Shown here: positions 13,488-25,534 of the stretch, piece by piece
How positions within the stretch are numbered: position 1 is the first letter of the stretch
Layout: the number at the start of each line of letters is the position of its first letter
From: Octopus sinensis
Taxonomy: Eukaryota
Assembly: GCF_006345805.1 (NCBI RefSeq)
Contig: NW_021836178.1
Span: 62,001-126,000 of the forward strand
Direction: 5' to 3'
DNA: 64,000 bases
Program-made: the position numbers and the translations under genes
Notes under the pieces: model-generated
The model's input: the letters and a program-made list of their open reading frames with translations, nothing else
Databases searched by the model: none
What the model was told of the DNA's origin: nothing

Positions 13488-16330
13488 AATTTTTTTTATA
13501 ATGAAAATATTGAATCAATTAAGTATTAATTAAAGTATAATTTTCTCAATCTGTTCATTACTTCCTCTATTCTGATATTCCCTCAGGTAAGGATGCCAGC
13601 CTCTTTCCTTGGGAAGTGCTATGGTCATATCTATTTGTCGATAAATAACTTTTATTCTTTTGTCCAGTTCGAGAGTCCTTTGGCATGGCTCAATTCTGTT
13701 CCTATAGGAAACAATCATGCTCTCAAGGGTTTTTTTGATAGTGAGTGATTGTATATACGCATGTGTTCTCTCATTGATGTTCAACGATTGTGCATACTGT
13801 TGGAATTTTGAAGTGACAAGTCCGTCCCAAGTTAATACAATCGGTACTATTTTCACATTGGCATGATATATCAACTCCAGTTCTTTTGATAGAAGGTCAT
13901 ACTTTCTAAGTTTTTCTACCTCCACTTGTTGTAGGTTTGGGGAAGATGTTATCCCAACCTCAATCAGGAATATCCGGTTGTTCTTCTTGTCAAAGACAAA
14001 CAAATCGGGTTTGTTATGTTCTAGTATTATGTCTGTTTTAATGAAGGTGTCCACTTTGATTTCGACAAACTCATTAACAGACACAGTTTGTACAGAGTGA
14101 ATTTTCAGCTTCTTCTCATTCTTGAGTCCGAATTCTCGGCATAAATAAATACACCTCACTACTTCATTATGCCTTCTAACATAGTCCCCATGCAGCATCT
14201 TTTCACATCTGGTAGCACAGTGGTCGACAGTCTTCTTCCATTTCATACAGTGTGGACACATTAAATTGTGGTCTGCAAAGAATAAATTTTTATCCTGTAG
14301 AAGACAGAACAAGCCTTCTGACCGTGGTGAATCATTGCCTCTGGCTAGCCAGTGACTGAAATCTTCAACCTTCACGAAATCTTCCTTAGAATTTTTATAG
14401 AGAATTGAGTAAAGACTTTTTGAAAAGGTCTGATCCAGTAGGCGTTTGTTCTGCGCATCTGACAACAGTTTTTTTTCCAGTAAAAGTGAATCTTCCAAAG
14501 AATATTTGTGCTTCAAGTATTCTTCAATAGTGGCCAGATGAGTTTTTTCCAACATTTCGGCATGAAGAATCGAGAAGCTTCTTTTGCAAGCACCACTTCT
14601 GCGTTTTAAGTCCAAAAGGAGTCCAAGGAGCATACTTTCACTTAGAAAAGAAATTGAGCGTAATCCTCTCCCAAAATTCTTACGAGGAAGATATAATCTC
14701 TGTTTGTTTGCTGGTCGGAGGTGTATTCTGTATTCAGTTAATTTTGATCGGATTGTATCGTCTACCATTTCGAATTCAAATGGCTCAATATCAACTAGTC
14801 CGATGTAATAATTGTACAATGAAAGAGCGTGTTCATTAATTGCTTTGAATAAGTTTACTCCGTTCAATTTAGTATTTTCTAGCCTCTCTATCCGCATAAT
14901 TACTTCTTCCAAAATGATTTTCAGCATATTCTGTTTCTAGATTTTCCCAGTTGAGCTTACAAGCACTCCAAGGTATTTGTATCCATCAATTCCATCAAGA
15001 ACTCTTGCCTCTTCTGACAACAAGTAGGTATTCGTGGCCGACTTTTCCAAATTTTTCTCCAGCCCAACCGCATGGAAATTCACCTCTTCCATCATTTTGA
15101 CAATAACATTTTCACTCTTCGAAACAAGTTTCAAATCATCAATGAAAAGAAGATGATTTGTCGAAAACGGTGTGATCTGATTTTCTCGCCCCATAGAGAC
15201 CTTCGGAAACTTAGAAGATAATAGGCGGCTCAGTGGGTCCAACACAAGGACAAACAGCATAGGTGTCTCCTTGGAGGATTCCCCGTTCAATTCGTACATC
15301 TCGAATATATTTGTTATTTAGTCTGAGTTTGACACTCCATTTAGTAATCAGCGACTCGACAAATTTTACAATCCATCCAGGTATCCCAGACTTTTCCAAA
15401 ATTTGTAGTAAAAAAGAATGATCCACTGAGTCAAATGCTTTTTTAACATCAATCCATGCAGAGTGTAGCTTGTAATCGTTTGATCTGTTGATCTCTTTGT
15501 TAACTATTGCTTGCTCTTTCGCACCTTGGCATATTCTCCTCGTCCCCAATTGGTTTTCTGAGAGGAGGTCGTAAGCTTCCACATATTCACAAAGTTTGGT
15601 ATTTACACATTTAGTCATCAGTTTATAGAGAGACGGCATACATGTTATAGGCCGCAATTCCTTTGGAGACCTTGGATCTTCGCACTTTGGGAGCAGGTGT
15701 GTGACCCCTGTATAGAACCAATTTCCTGGAATGGTTTTTCCACTAATGACATTAAGGATTTGCTGAGAGATTGAATCATGAAGTGATGTAAACTTCTTCA
15801 AGAAGAAATTATAGACTCCATCACAGCCTGGGGGTTTCCAATTTGACAAATATTTAACTGTCTCTTCAAATAAACACTTTTGGACCTCGGCTGATACGCC
15901 TTCTCAATATAGCCCAGTTTTGTTTTCCATTGCTCAATTTTACTCTCCATATTATTTTTCCACAGAGACTTTTCAAAATTCTTCGTGCTCAATATTTGAT
16001 AACACACTTGTCCAACGTAAACGATTGTTGAAATCTGATACATTGAATTAGGGGGGTTCTCTTTGATATATGCAGCTACTACACGATTCAGACACTCCAG
16101 TAAAGGAAAGTTTAGTTTTGAATAGGGAATCTTTTTGTACATGGTCGAAGGGAATGATCAATCAATAATATTTCTTCCAACTGTTGCATAAATGTCAATT
16201 TGCAACAAGAGAACAGGTTTGCATCACATCCACTTGAGAAATGACTCACTTTTCCTGATTCATCAATATTAGTGGTTGAATTTGGGGTAATCTCCAAATT
16301 TAGCCATACTATAAAACACAAGAGAATAAA
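13488..16330 (-). mobile_element. Near full-length R4/Dong-type non-LTR retrotransposon (RT + CCHC + restriction-like endonuclease), frameshifted
   Basis: RT motifs LRPITCMPSLYK, WIDVKKAFDSV, GILQGD, LFIDDLKL, YKYLG. Zinc knuckle CPHC..TVDH..TRC. RLE motifs RHNEVV, PDLF, IEVG, KLRKY. Short poly(A) after the stop near 13490. Confidence 0.92.
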
Positions 16331-17671
16331 TTATTTAAAATTTTATTAAAATAATTCCTTGTTAGAAATAAATAATTAATATTAATAAATTAAAGAAAAC
16401 ACACATCGTCAATAAACTAACAAATGAACCAACCACCTACCCTTTCAACCATTGTTTCTCGCCAAAATTCTCATATAATTAAAAAAAATACCTCAAAAAC
16501 GTAGAATGCAATGGCCAATATTGACTAATTCTAAAAAAACTCGTAAATAAAGTGGTGGGATATATCTATTTGGGGACTGACCGTGACGTAGAAACAAAAA
16601 TCAAAAAAGATGATTGAGACAATCCTGATCCTAATTTTGACCAAGGACGGAAGCCTATGAAGAGGTCGAGTATCTGAAAATTTGCGAGAAATGGTTGATC
16701 GAGTTTTATACAATGCGAGATTGTCCTCGAAATAGACTCGGTGGCCCAGTTACCCCTAACCCAGGTCAAAGAAGATCAACTCAGGACCACCAGAATGAAT
16801 TGATTTGGTTTACAAAACTTAAAAAATAAAAGAATACATGTCTAGGAAAATTTACAAAATCAAGTAGTGTTCTGAACGATGCCAAGAGGCGCATGTCGCA
16901 GTATTGGAGGAGAACAAGTTGAACAATGCATAGTAGTAAAGCTTCAAATCACTGAATTATGTAATTGTGGAAGCGGAGTGGGCGGACTGAACTTGTATTT
17001 CTCAGTTAAGCCTGATTCATGTGGCAGAAGATCGACTACTTTGTTATGCTGGACAATAGAATCAAATTAAGGAATAGTCAGACGAGAGGTATTAAAAACT
17101 ATAAAAACACCTATAAAATTTACAAGACGTTTTGGGATTAAGGCTTGCTAAAATAAATATGAAAACTCTAAAAAATACTTATTAGAATGTACTTTTTATC
17201 AAGTTTAAAACAAAAAATAAGTATAAAAATTTATGTAAAATATTAATGGTCATTTCTGCAAATAAAAATATACTCACTTTTCCTTTGCTCCATCAACTTC
17301 TATGTTCTATAATCACGTCGAAAATGAGGTGAATCTTCTAAAAAACATTAGTAGAGGAATTTGAAATGATTGACGTCACTTAAGCTTGTTTATTTTAATT
17401 TTTAAATGCTCTTTATTTATCGAATTAAAAATAATAACTTTTTCACATGTATCACTTTGTAATCTTTTCACGTGTTTTTAGTTTTTTATTCTATCTTTGA
17501 TTGTTGCAAATGCTTCATTTTTATCATATTTTGTTTAGTTAAAGTTGAAAATTAATCAAATTGAGTACCTGTAAAATATTCTGAATATAGTTTATTTTGC
17601 AAGAGAATTTGTATTTTATCAACTACTTAATTTTCATTCATTATTTATATGACAAACACGATTGTCTAGAT

Positions 17672-17750
17672 CAGGAGTGTCAAACTCATTTCTTTAAGGA
17701 CCGGATTAAAAAAATTTTGGATTGTGCTGGCCAGACTATTAATTTTTTTG
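17672..17750 (+). mobile_element. hAT (Charlie-like) terminal remnant
   Basis: CAGGAGTGTCAAACTC terminus, nearly identical to the CAGGGGTGTCAAACTC end at 49341. Confidence 0.55.
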
Positions 17751-17760
17751 ACTTAAAAAT

Positions 17761-18302
17761 ATGTTTGTTTATAACGAAGAGGTCAAATGCTTGCATTTAC
17801 ATCTATGTCGCCAATATGGAATTAAAAAGTCGAAAAAATTAACCCATTCAGTCCAATCTGTTACCAGCAATGAATTTGTGGAAATCCGAGTCGATACAAA
17901 CCTCCAGACTGATAATGCTATCCCAAATAACAAACTCGACATATTTGTTCACGACAAATCGAGCAACACAATTACTCTTATCGAGGTGGGGATCACTTCA
18001 CAAAATTGTCTCAAACAGGTCGAAGTAGAAAAATTCCACAAATACGACTTGCTGGCAATGAACTGTAAGCGATCCGCCGGGCAAAAGTAAAGATCGTCCC
18101 TGTCGTCATGACCTGGGACAGAATATTGTCAAAATACTTCAAAAATCATCTGTCAGTGCTTGGCGTGGAGGACAGGATGAAGACATACATCCAGACATTG
18201 GTGTTGCGGAAGACCTTAGAAAGCATGCAAACCGAGACAAGGCACGGGTTATCGATGTCTGTTGAAGAGGTAGCCCTGAATCTAGACTGCGCGTTGACAT
18301 GA
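17761..18302 (+). mobile_element. 3' fragment of an R4/Dong-type RLE retrotransposon
   Basis: HLHLCRQYG..EIRVDTNLQTD..NKLDIFVHDK..LIEVGITS..QVEVEKFHKYDLL and MTWD..YIQTLVLRKTLESM match the 13530 element. Confidence 0.88.
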
Positions 18303-18659
18303 ATCTGCCCATCCGTGCACTGAATGTGGGCCCTAAGAAGTTGAGGTTGATGGAATAAAACACTGCGAAAACGGAAATCGAATTATAATTTCCAAAGAGA
18401 GAATTCATTTATAATATTTTACTAAAATTAAATTAATTGTCACGGTCCAAGTAAGGTCAATTCTCTAAATACGAGTTTCGAGTATTTCTAGAAATATACT
18501 TTAGGTGGCTTCTTTTCATCGCACGGGACTGTACAACGATAAAAATTTTTCATTCACAAAAATAAAAATGTTTATAGACGGATAGCCTGAAGATTGCCAC
18601 TGACTATAGCCATGGAGACGTGTTTGGCAGAATAAGTTGTTTAAATCTGTCTTTGATCG

Positions 18660-19823
18660 ATATAAAGAGGAAAAAGAAACAAGGAAATATTAGAATAAAA
18701 AATCAATCGCAAATATGTTAATGCAGGGAATATTGAGAAAATCCGACATTACAGGACTGCGAGAAATAATTATCTGAATCTCCTTAATTATAAAATAAAA
18801 GCTGTTTATAACAGGATTAAGACACCAAGGAAGATTACAATCGAAAAGGTCATTTTACAAGAGGCCAAATCTTACTGCTTGACATGTATCTCTCCAAAAT
18901 CAAGTGTATATCTTTGTGATTAGTGCATGTAACACTAATTAAAGATTAAAAAAGGAACAAGGAAATGAATAATCAAGTTAGTTGATTAATAACATCCGAA
19001 TATTTTATTAGGTACAATCCTCTCTACATAGAAGATTGGTTGAACCAGGATGGCGGCAGAGGTTGCAATCTATTGTGAGTATACTAACGCACCATATGCT
19101 TCCTCCACAATTAATGTTATCTCTTGAGTTGGACTTGAATTTATTCTTACACTTGTGTCATTTAAATACATTGGTAGCAAACTTTCACTATTCGTCACAA
19201 TTCTTATATAAGAATATCTAAGTATACATTGTTGGTTGGGACCCATTGTTGAATTTGCACATTTTTTGCCCCTCCAATATACTACACAGTGAGTAATTTA
19301 AAATACTTAATGGTTAGGAAAGATTCTTGGGAATAAGTGAATTTTGGCGGCTGAAAAATGGTATTTGATGGCATGACACTTTGATGTAAAAATAAGATTT
19401 GTACATAGATTCAAAACTGCGTAGACGTGCAAAGGTATCTACACTGAGATAACGAAGGTTTTCGCAATAATACAGTGTTCTAATTATTCAAAAAATTTAA
19501 ATGTACATAGAGGATAATTGATCCAAACTATCAAATGAGTTGCTTAATATTCTCTTTAAGGAGTCTCCATGACAAATACTGATATTAATGAAATGTTGAT
19601 TACAATGTCTGCAAGTTGGTTAGATTCGAGAATATTTCTCCATTGGGGAATGTAACGCCTCTACGAATTGAAACTGTTCTTCCATGTCCCGCAACATGTT
19701 CTCCATTGAATTCACAGTCCTTCAAATTTCTAATTTAAAATAAGCAATTTTCAAAAACTCTTTTGATAAGTCACAGTCACTTTGAATCACAAAGTGAACA
19801 AAAAGTAAAACAAGCGGAAGCAT
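18660..19823 (-). CDS. Secreted/membrane leucine-rich-repeat protein, paralog B (one LRR module; partly disrupted)
   Basis: MLPLVLLFVHFVIQSDCDL signal-like start. LRR exons (NGEIFSNLTNLQTL; LKRILSNSFDSLDQL; YYCENLRYLSVDTFARL). Cys cluster IDCNLCRHPGSTNLLC, conserved SDNYF.QSC.VG, and hydrophobic FILIFPCFFFLFI near 18670. Confidence 0.6.
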
Positions 19824-21149
19824 TATAATTAAACGTAATATTTTATTTTAAATAACTTAATTGTTAGACATTGAATTAATATATTTGTTGAATTTTATTT
19901 GTTAATAAAAAAATAGATTCGCGATAAATTGGCTTTTTTCTTTAAAAAATTATAAATTAACTAGCTCGGCAGCTCGCTTCGCTCACCGCGACCTAGCTCC
20001 TGCGGAGGGCCTGTTTCATCAAACAACTATAAGTTTATGTAGATGTATAAAACTACCTGGTTTAATGTAACCCTATTCTATCGCCTGTTGATAAACGATG
20101 TTTGTCGTCCGTCCTTCCTTGGCATATATGAATAAATTTTCTCTTCTGCCTACCCTCGAGCATCCCACATACAGCTGTCCATGTGAAAAGCACTCACTTT
20201 CTAAAAATAACCCAACTACCTTTAATGACTGTCCTGGGCCTTGTTTATTGTCATTGCAAAACTCATCCTCAAAGGAAATTGCAGCCTTTTAAATCTAAAT
20301 GGTAATTCATTAGAAATTATCGGAATTCGTGGAATATAAACATCCTCACCACTATACTTACCTGTTAATATCGTCGCCTCTATTACGTTAGCCATCAAAT
20401 TTTTGATAACTAACCTCGTTCCGTTGCATAATTTAGGTGGCGCAAGATTTCGTAATAAAACCACTGGAACGCCTATCTTTAACTTTAAAAGATGATTCGG
20501 CATTCCAGAGGGATCTAAGGAGTTTAAAAATTCAATCCGGTTGAATTTTTAGAAAATAACAAAAAAAAATAAAAAAACAAATAAAAATAAATAATTTAAA
20601 AACAAAAAAATAAAAAAAACAAAAAAAAACTTAGCAGCAGCCAAAAAAGCGACACACAAAAAAGATTTAATTAATTACCTTAAGCTGAACGTTTTTTCTT
20701 CAGCTTCGTTTTTCCTCCTTCGGTTATCTATTTAAAAAATTATTTTTGAATAACAAAAAATATTAGGAAAAAAGGGGCATACAGAAAATAAATTCTATCT
20801 TTACGAAAAACTTCTTTTCTTAAGGTCGTCTTCCCTCCTTCGGTTATCTATTGAAAAAATTATTTTTGAATAATAAAAAAGTTTAGGAAAAGAGGCATAC
20901 CGAAAATAAATTCTATCTTTACGAAAAACTTAACTAAATAGTTAATATTTTTACGCAAATTCTTCTGATTGCGCTGTCAATTGGTGGTAAATTGTGTTAA
21001 TGACTGTGCTAATGTGGTTTCAACTATCAAAGTGTTTTTCAAAATCTGTTAATTGCACACTCTATTCAAGGTCGTGCAATCTGTAATTGCACATTCTGTC
21101 AAAGTCAAATATGATAATAGCTATAGTCAAATATGATACGTGAGATTTT

Positions 21150-22540
21150 TGCCTCGAAGGTTTTAATGGACCTCATCATGAATGTCGAGGACATTAACGT
21201 TGTTCATTTTAATCAAATGCAGAAAATAATTTTTTGATTTTTTGGCGGAAAGGTTTTAAGGACCTCATCATGTAAGTCGAGGACATCGTAGTTGTTCATT
21301 TTAACCAAAATGCAGAAAATATTTTTTTAATTTTTTTTTGGGGGGAAGGTTTTAAGGACCTCATCATGTAAGTCGAGGACATCGTAGTTGTTCATTTTAA
21401 CCAAAATGCAGAAAATTTTTTTTTAATTTTTTTTTGGAGGGAGGGTTTTAAGGACCTCATCATGTAAGTCGAGGACATCGTAGTTGTTCATTTTAACCAA
21501 AATGCAGAAAATATTTTTTTAATTTTTTTTGGGGGGAAGGTTTTAAGGACCTCATCATGTAAGTCGAGGACATCGTAGTTGTTCATTTTAACCAAAATGC
21601 AGAAAATTTTTTTTTTAATTTTTTTTGGGGGGGAAGGTTTTAAGGACCTCATCATGTAAGTCGAGGACATCGTAGTTGTTCATTTTAACCAAAATGCAGA
21701 AAATTTTTTTTTTAATTTTTTTTTGGGGGAAGGTTTTAAGGACCTCATCATGTAAGTCGAGGACATCGTAGTTGTTCATTTTAACCAAAATGCAGAAAAT
21801 TTTTTTTTAATTTTTTTTGGGGGGAAGGTTTTAAGGACCTCATCATGTAAGTCGAGGACATCGTAGTTGTTCATTTTAACCAAAATGCAGAAAATTTGTT
21901 TTTTAATTTTTTTTTGGGGGGAAGGTTTTAAGGACCTCATCATGTAAGTCGAGGACATCGTAGTTGTTCATTTTAACCAAAATGCAGAAAATTTTTTTTT
22001 TAATTTTTTTTGGGGGGAAGGTTTTAAGAACCTCATCATGTAAGTCGAGGACATCGTAGTTGTTCATTTTAACCAAAATGCAGAAAATTTTTTTTTTAAT
22101 TTTTTTTGGGGGGGAAGGTTTTAAGGACCTCATCATGTAAGTCGAGGACATCGTAGTTGTTCATTTTAACCAAAATGCAGAAAATTTTTTTTTTTTTTTT
22201 TTTGGGGGGAAGGTTTTAAGGACCTCGTCATGTAAGTCGAGGACATCGTAGTTGTTCATTTTAACCAAAATGCAGAAAATTTTTTTTTAATTTTTTTTTG
22301 GGGGGAAGGTTTTAAGGACCTCGTCATGTAGGTCGAGGACATCGTAGTTGTTCATTTTAACCAAAATGCAGAAAATTTTTTTTTTAATTTTTTTTTGGGG
22401 GGAAGGTTTTAAGGACCTCATCATGTAAGTCGAGGACATCGTAGTTGTTTATTTTAACCAAAATGCAGAAAATTTTTTTTTAATTTTTTTTTGGGGGAAG
22501 GTTTTAAGGACCTCATCATGTAAGTCGAGGACATCGTATT
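21150..22540. repeat. Tandem minisatellite, 15 units of about 96 bp
   Basis: The core GGACCTCATCATGTAAGTCGAGGACATCGTAGTTGTTC recurs every 95-97 bp (for example 21261, 21357, 21453 ... 22509). Length variation is confined to T and G homopolymers, and the leftmost unit is diverged. Confidence 0.97.
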
Positions 22541-22559
22541 GCCAATTTGAAGTTGGTGT

Positions 22560-22593
22560 GCACACACAGACAGACAGACAGACAGACACACAC
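22560..22593. repeat. (CAGA)n/(CA)n microsatellite in the Helitron 5' end
   Basis: cacacacagacagacagacagacagacacac is visible directly. Confidence 0.9.
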
Positions 22594-22669
22594 CATACCA
22601 TTTTATTATTAAGATAGGATTGGTCGTACTAACGATCACGATTGCCCGCTCGTTTGCGAGACGTCGGAG

Positions 22670-22890
22670 CTGAGGATCCTCCTAACCTCAGCAAAGTCTG
22701 ACATCTTGGTCATTAATGAGATGAAGCTGAAGGAAGCAATGAAAGTGGAATTTGAAGACTACACGTCTATTAATATACCATGGAAAAACAAACTAATGGA
22801 TTTTGAAGGAATAATTTTATAAACAATTCAGTTTTATCTAAGTTGTAAATTTGATCATCATTGTATCTCTGTGAAACTTCACGAAATTTA
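22670..22890 (+). mobile_element. APE endonuclease fragment of a LINE
   Basis: KSDILVINEMKL..FEDY resembles the APE motif DI..l.ETkL...f.gY. Confidence 0.45.
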
Positions 22891-23879
22891 GAAATAAAAG
22901 ACTCGATGTCAACAGGATCGTCTGTTTTCATTTATCCATGCAATTTTCGCATTCGAAATCCATGTTGTTTTTTAAATTTACTAGTTTAAATTAGTGCGCA
23001 AAAAACATTGCTTTACAAGAAATTAAGGCATCATTAAGAAAACCGCCTAAATATTAGACCCTAAATAAGATACCTCTAAACTCAATCAAATCCATCCCTC
23101 AACAAATTTTAGCTCAAGTTCAGGAATCTTAAGATTTGATACTTTTTTGAGGTTAGATTGTGTATCTTGCTATCTTTGAGAAGAGAATCTTTTTTCAAAA
23201 AATGTTGTTGATTGTTTTTCGAGAAATTTTTTATTAAACAAAAAAGAAAATCTTTCGGCCAAATGTGATAAAAATGAGAATTCTCCTAAGATAAAATTTC
23301 CATTTTCTGATTACAATCCAGACGAGTATAATTATTACGAGAAGACATGTGGGACAAATTTTATTAATAAAATTCAAATTTATTAAAAAAATCAAAATGT
23401 ATGGCCAATTCTCAATTTTCCAAGAGTAAATTGTTAAAAATGGCCAATTTGAGAGGTGGCAAATTTGAGAGGGTTGAGTATAGTTTATTATTGTGAACTG
23501 AAGCATTTTGAATATACACTCTTTTTAATTAACAACGAAATGCCTTTTGGAGTCAAAATTACTTTCCAGATAGTATGAGCTGCTTATGCAATTATCAGCC
23601 TGTTAAAAAAAATTTGAAAGAGATATGGCCAAAAGGATTATCTACTTTCAATCTCTGAAAGTTAAATTCTCTTCTTAACCCAAATAAACTTACCAAGCAT
23701 TAAATATATTATTCAGTTAGTAAAAATGCACTTGTTTTCATTTTTTCCAGTATGTAAAGATATAAATTAAAATCTTGGCCAATTTCGAAGTGTTGAGCCC
23801 TCATTTGAAAGAACAATTTTTCATTATATAAAAATGACCAGTCCGTTTTTAAAAAAATATTTAAAAAGAGAAGAACAGA

Positions 23880-24200
23880 ACATGCATTGAGGTTACGAGA
23901 GAGGTGACTGAAGCGGAAAATTCTTACGCCAACTTTAGTACCCAGAAAATCACGGTGACAATTGATGAGCTACAACCAATGGTCCTCCAAATGCCTAATT
24001 ATATAAATATATTAACCTGCCTTGCTGTTCTCGAATGTACATTTGGATTGACTTGAGTTGAGCTATCGCTGTGTAAATGCTGGATATGGCTTTACGTTCC
24101 CTAACGACCTGTCTGACATATACTTTACAAATGTCGATTTTATTTTCACGACCTTATTTCTTGATTTCGTTACCTGTGGTTGTTTTCTATGCAATAATCA
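23880..24200 (-). pseudogene. CHMP3: Decayed ESCRT-III CHMP3/VPS24-like gene fragment
   Basis: EIKK*GRENKIDICKVYVRQVVRERKAISSIYTAIAQLKSIQMYIREQ aligns with CHMP3 (DVCIVLAKEMIRSRKAVSKLYASKAHMNSV). After a ~22-nt GT-AG intron it reads VLKLA*EFSASVTSL. In-frame stops are present. Confidence 0.55.
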
Positions 24201-24779
24201 TTTGAACTAAAAAATTTTTTATATTGATGCAATTCTGTATGTGGCAAATATATTTCTATCAGTGACTGAAATGTACGAGCCAAACAAGTAACAAGAGGCT
24301 TTAAAATATTTCCAACATGAATTGTTTAATCCTTAAGTAATTCCTGAGGAAAATAAAACTTTCCTCTCTTGAATTCCTTTTCTATTAAATGATTCACAAT
24401 GACATCATCTAGGAAAAAAACGTTCCCCGTTTATTAACATAACATATCTGTACTTATTTCTGTATGTTTTAATCTCGTAGGAATGCAAACAGAGCACTGA
24501 TATTTTGTTGGTTATTACATTCGATAGTCAACAAAGTCACTTGAGAATTTTGTTTAATTATAGTTTTCTCGACCATTTTTGGAGTTATTTACTTTTTCTG
24601 TTCTCACTATAATTTACATTTAACAAAAATAAAAACTGAACAAGTATGAAATAATTTTTAAAAAATTACATTGAATTACCACACAAAATAAAGTATTATT
24701 TATTTTTTAGTTTTTCTAAAAAATGTTATATTTTTGGGACTTTTTGCGTATTTTGTTTTAAGTTAATTCCAAATGGATG

Positions 24780-25400
24780 ATATTTCTGCAAATAAATGTT
24801 AATTTTTCAAAGATTCTTTTTGTTTGATTTTTTCTTTAATAAAGACCCAAAAATTCTTTATGGATTTAAATCTAGGCTTTGTTGGATTTAATGGTAGCAA
24901 CTCGATATTATTTACTTGAAAAAAACGCTTTGCTATTGCCGAAGTATGTTTCGGATCATTTGTTTGTTGGTAAATACGGTCGATTTTGTTCAGAAATGAG
25001 CTAAGATTATTCGTTACTATATTAACATACAAAACTCCATCCTTCTTTTCTTGCATCCAAATTAAATTATGGAATCCTATACTATGATAATTCTTTTACC
25101 GAATTTTACTGTTTTAGTACATTTTTTGTTAAATATTTTTTTCTTTTGATTTCTCATTACAAAGTTCTTCCATCATTATTGTACGTGTTAAATTTACTTT
25201 CATCACTGAAAATATTTTAGGAGTGCATCCCATATTTGGCAGAGTGTCAATCGTCAAAGTTTATGTTTTTTGGTAAGAAATGGTATTTTCGTGGACGGAT
25301 AACTATTCAAACAATTTTATTGTATTGCTTATCGTTTGAGAACCGAGTAATCATTGATGATAGAAATAACAGAGTTGGGCTTTGTTCCAAACTTCAGTTT
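24780..25400 (-). mobile_element. Degenerate Tc1 transposase
   Basis: IPFLTKKHK and YQQTNDPKHTS motifs, with many stops. Confidence 0.7.
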
Positions 25401-25534
25401 TATGGCTCCAATACGATCTGAGACAGCCTATACGCGTGTCACACGGTCGTAAAGATCTATGTGAACTGCAAATCAATGTCCATAATGTCGGCAGTCAGCA
25501 TCCAAAGTGATTATGTAGTAATCATTCAATTTCG

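Larger units (their letters stand above)
19961..22619 (-). mobile_element. Non-autonomous Helitron with both ends, a PIF1 helicase remnant and a minisatellite
   Basis: 5' end A|TCCTATC at 22619 followed by (GTCT)n. 3' end has a GCGAAGC hairpin and CTAG|T at 19961-19964. PIF1 C-terminus [39 protein letters not shown] at 20100-20503. Confidence 0.9.

Noticed and set aside
16600-17070. Gene-like segment faintly resembling an SNX5/6 BAR domain (YLKICEKWLIEFY; VLEENKL)
   Set aside because: Similarity is too weak and broken to support without a profile search.
11830-18850. Aligned TAA/TGA codons in LRR gene tails suggesting stop-codon reassignment
   Set aside because: Another frame (SDNYF.QSC.VG) is open with synonymous changes, and the four conserved genes need no readthrough and end in TAA, TAG or TGA.
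20354-20364. ATACTTACCTG, identical to the U1 snRNA 5' end
   Set aside because: It is antisense to the PIF1 codons LTGKYS and no downstream U1 stems or Sm site follow.
21150-22540. Regular repeat array resembling CRISPR
   Set aside because: There are no unique spacers. The whole 96-bp unit is repeated inside a Helitron in eukaryotic DNA, and no cas genes are present.
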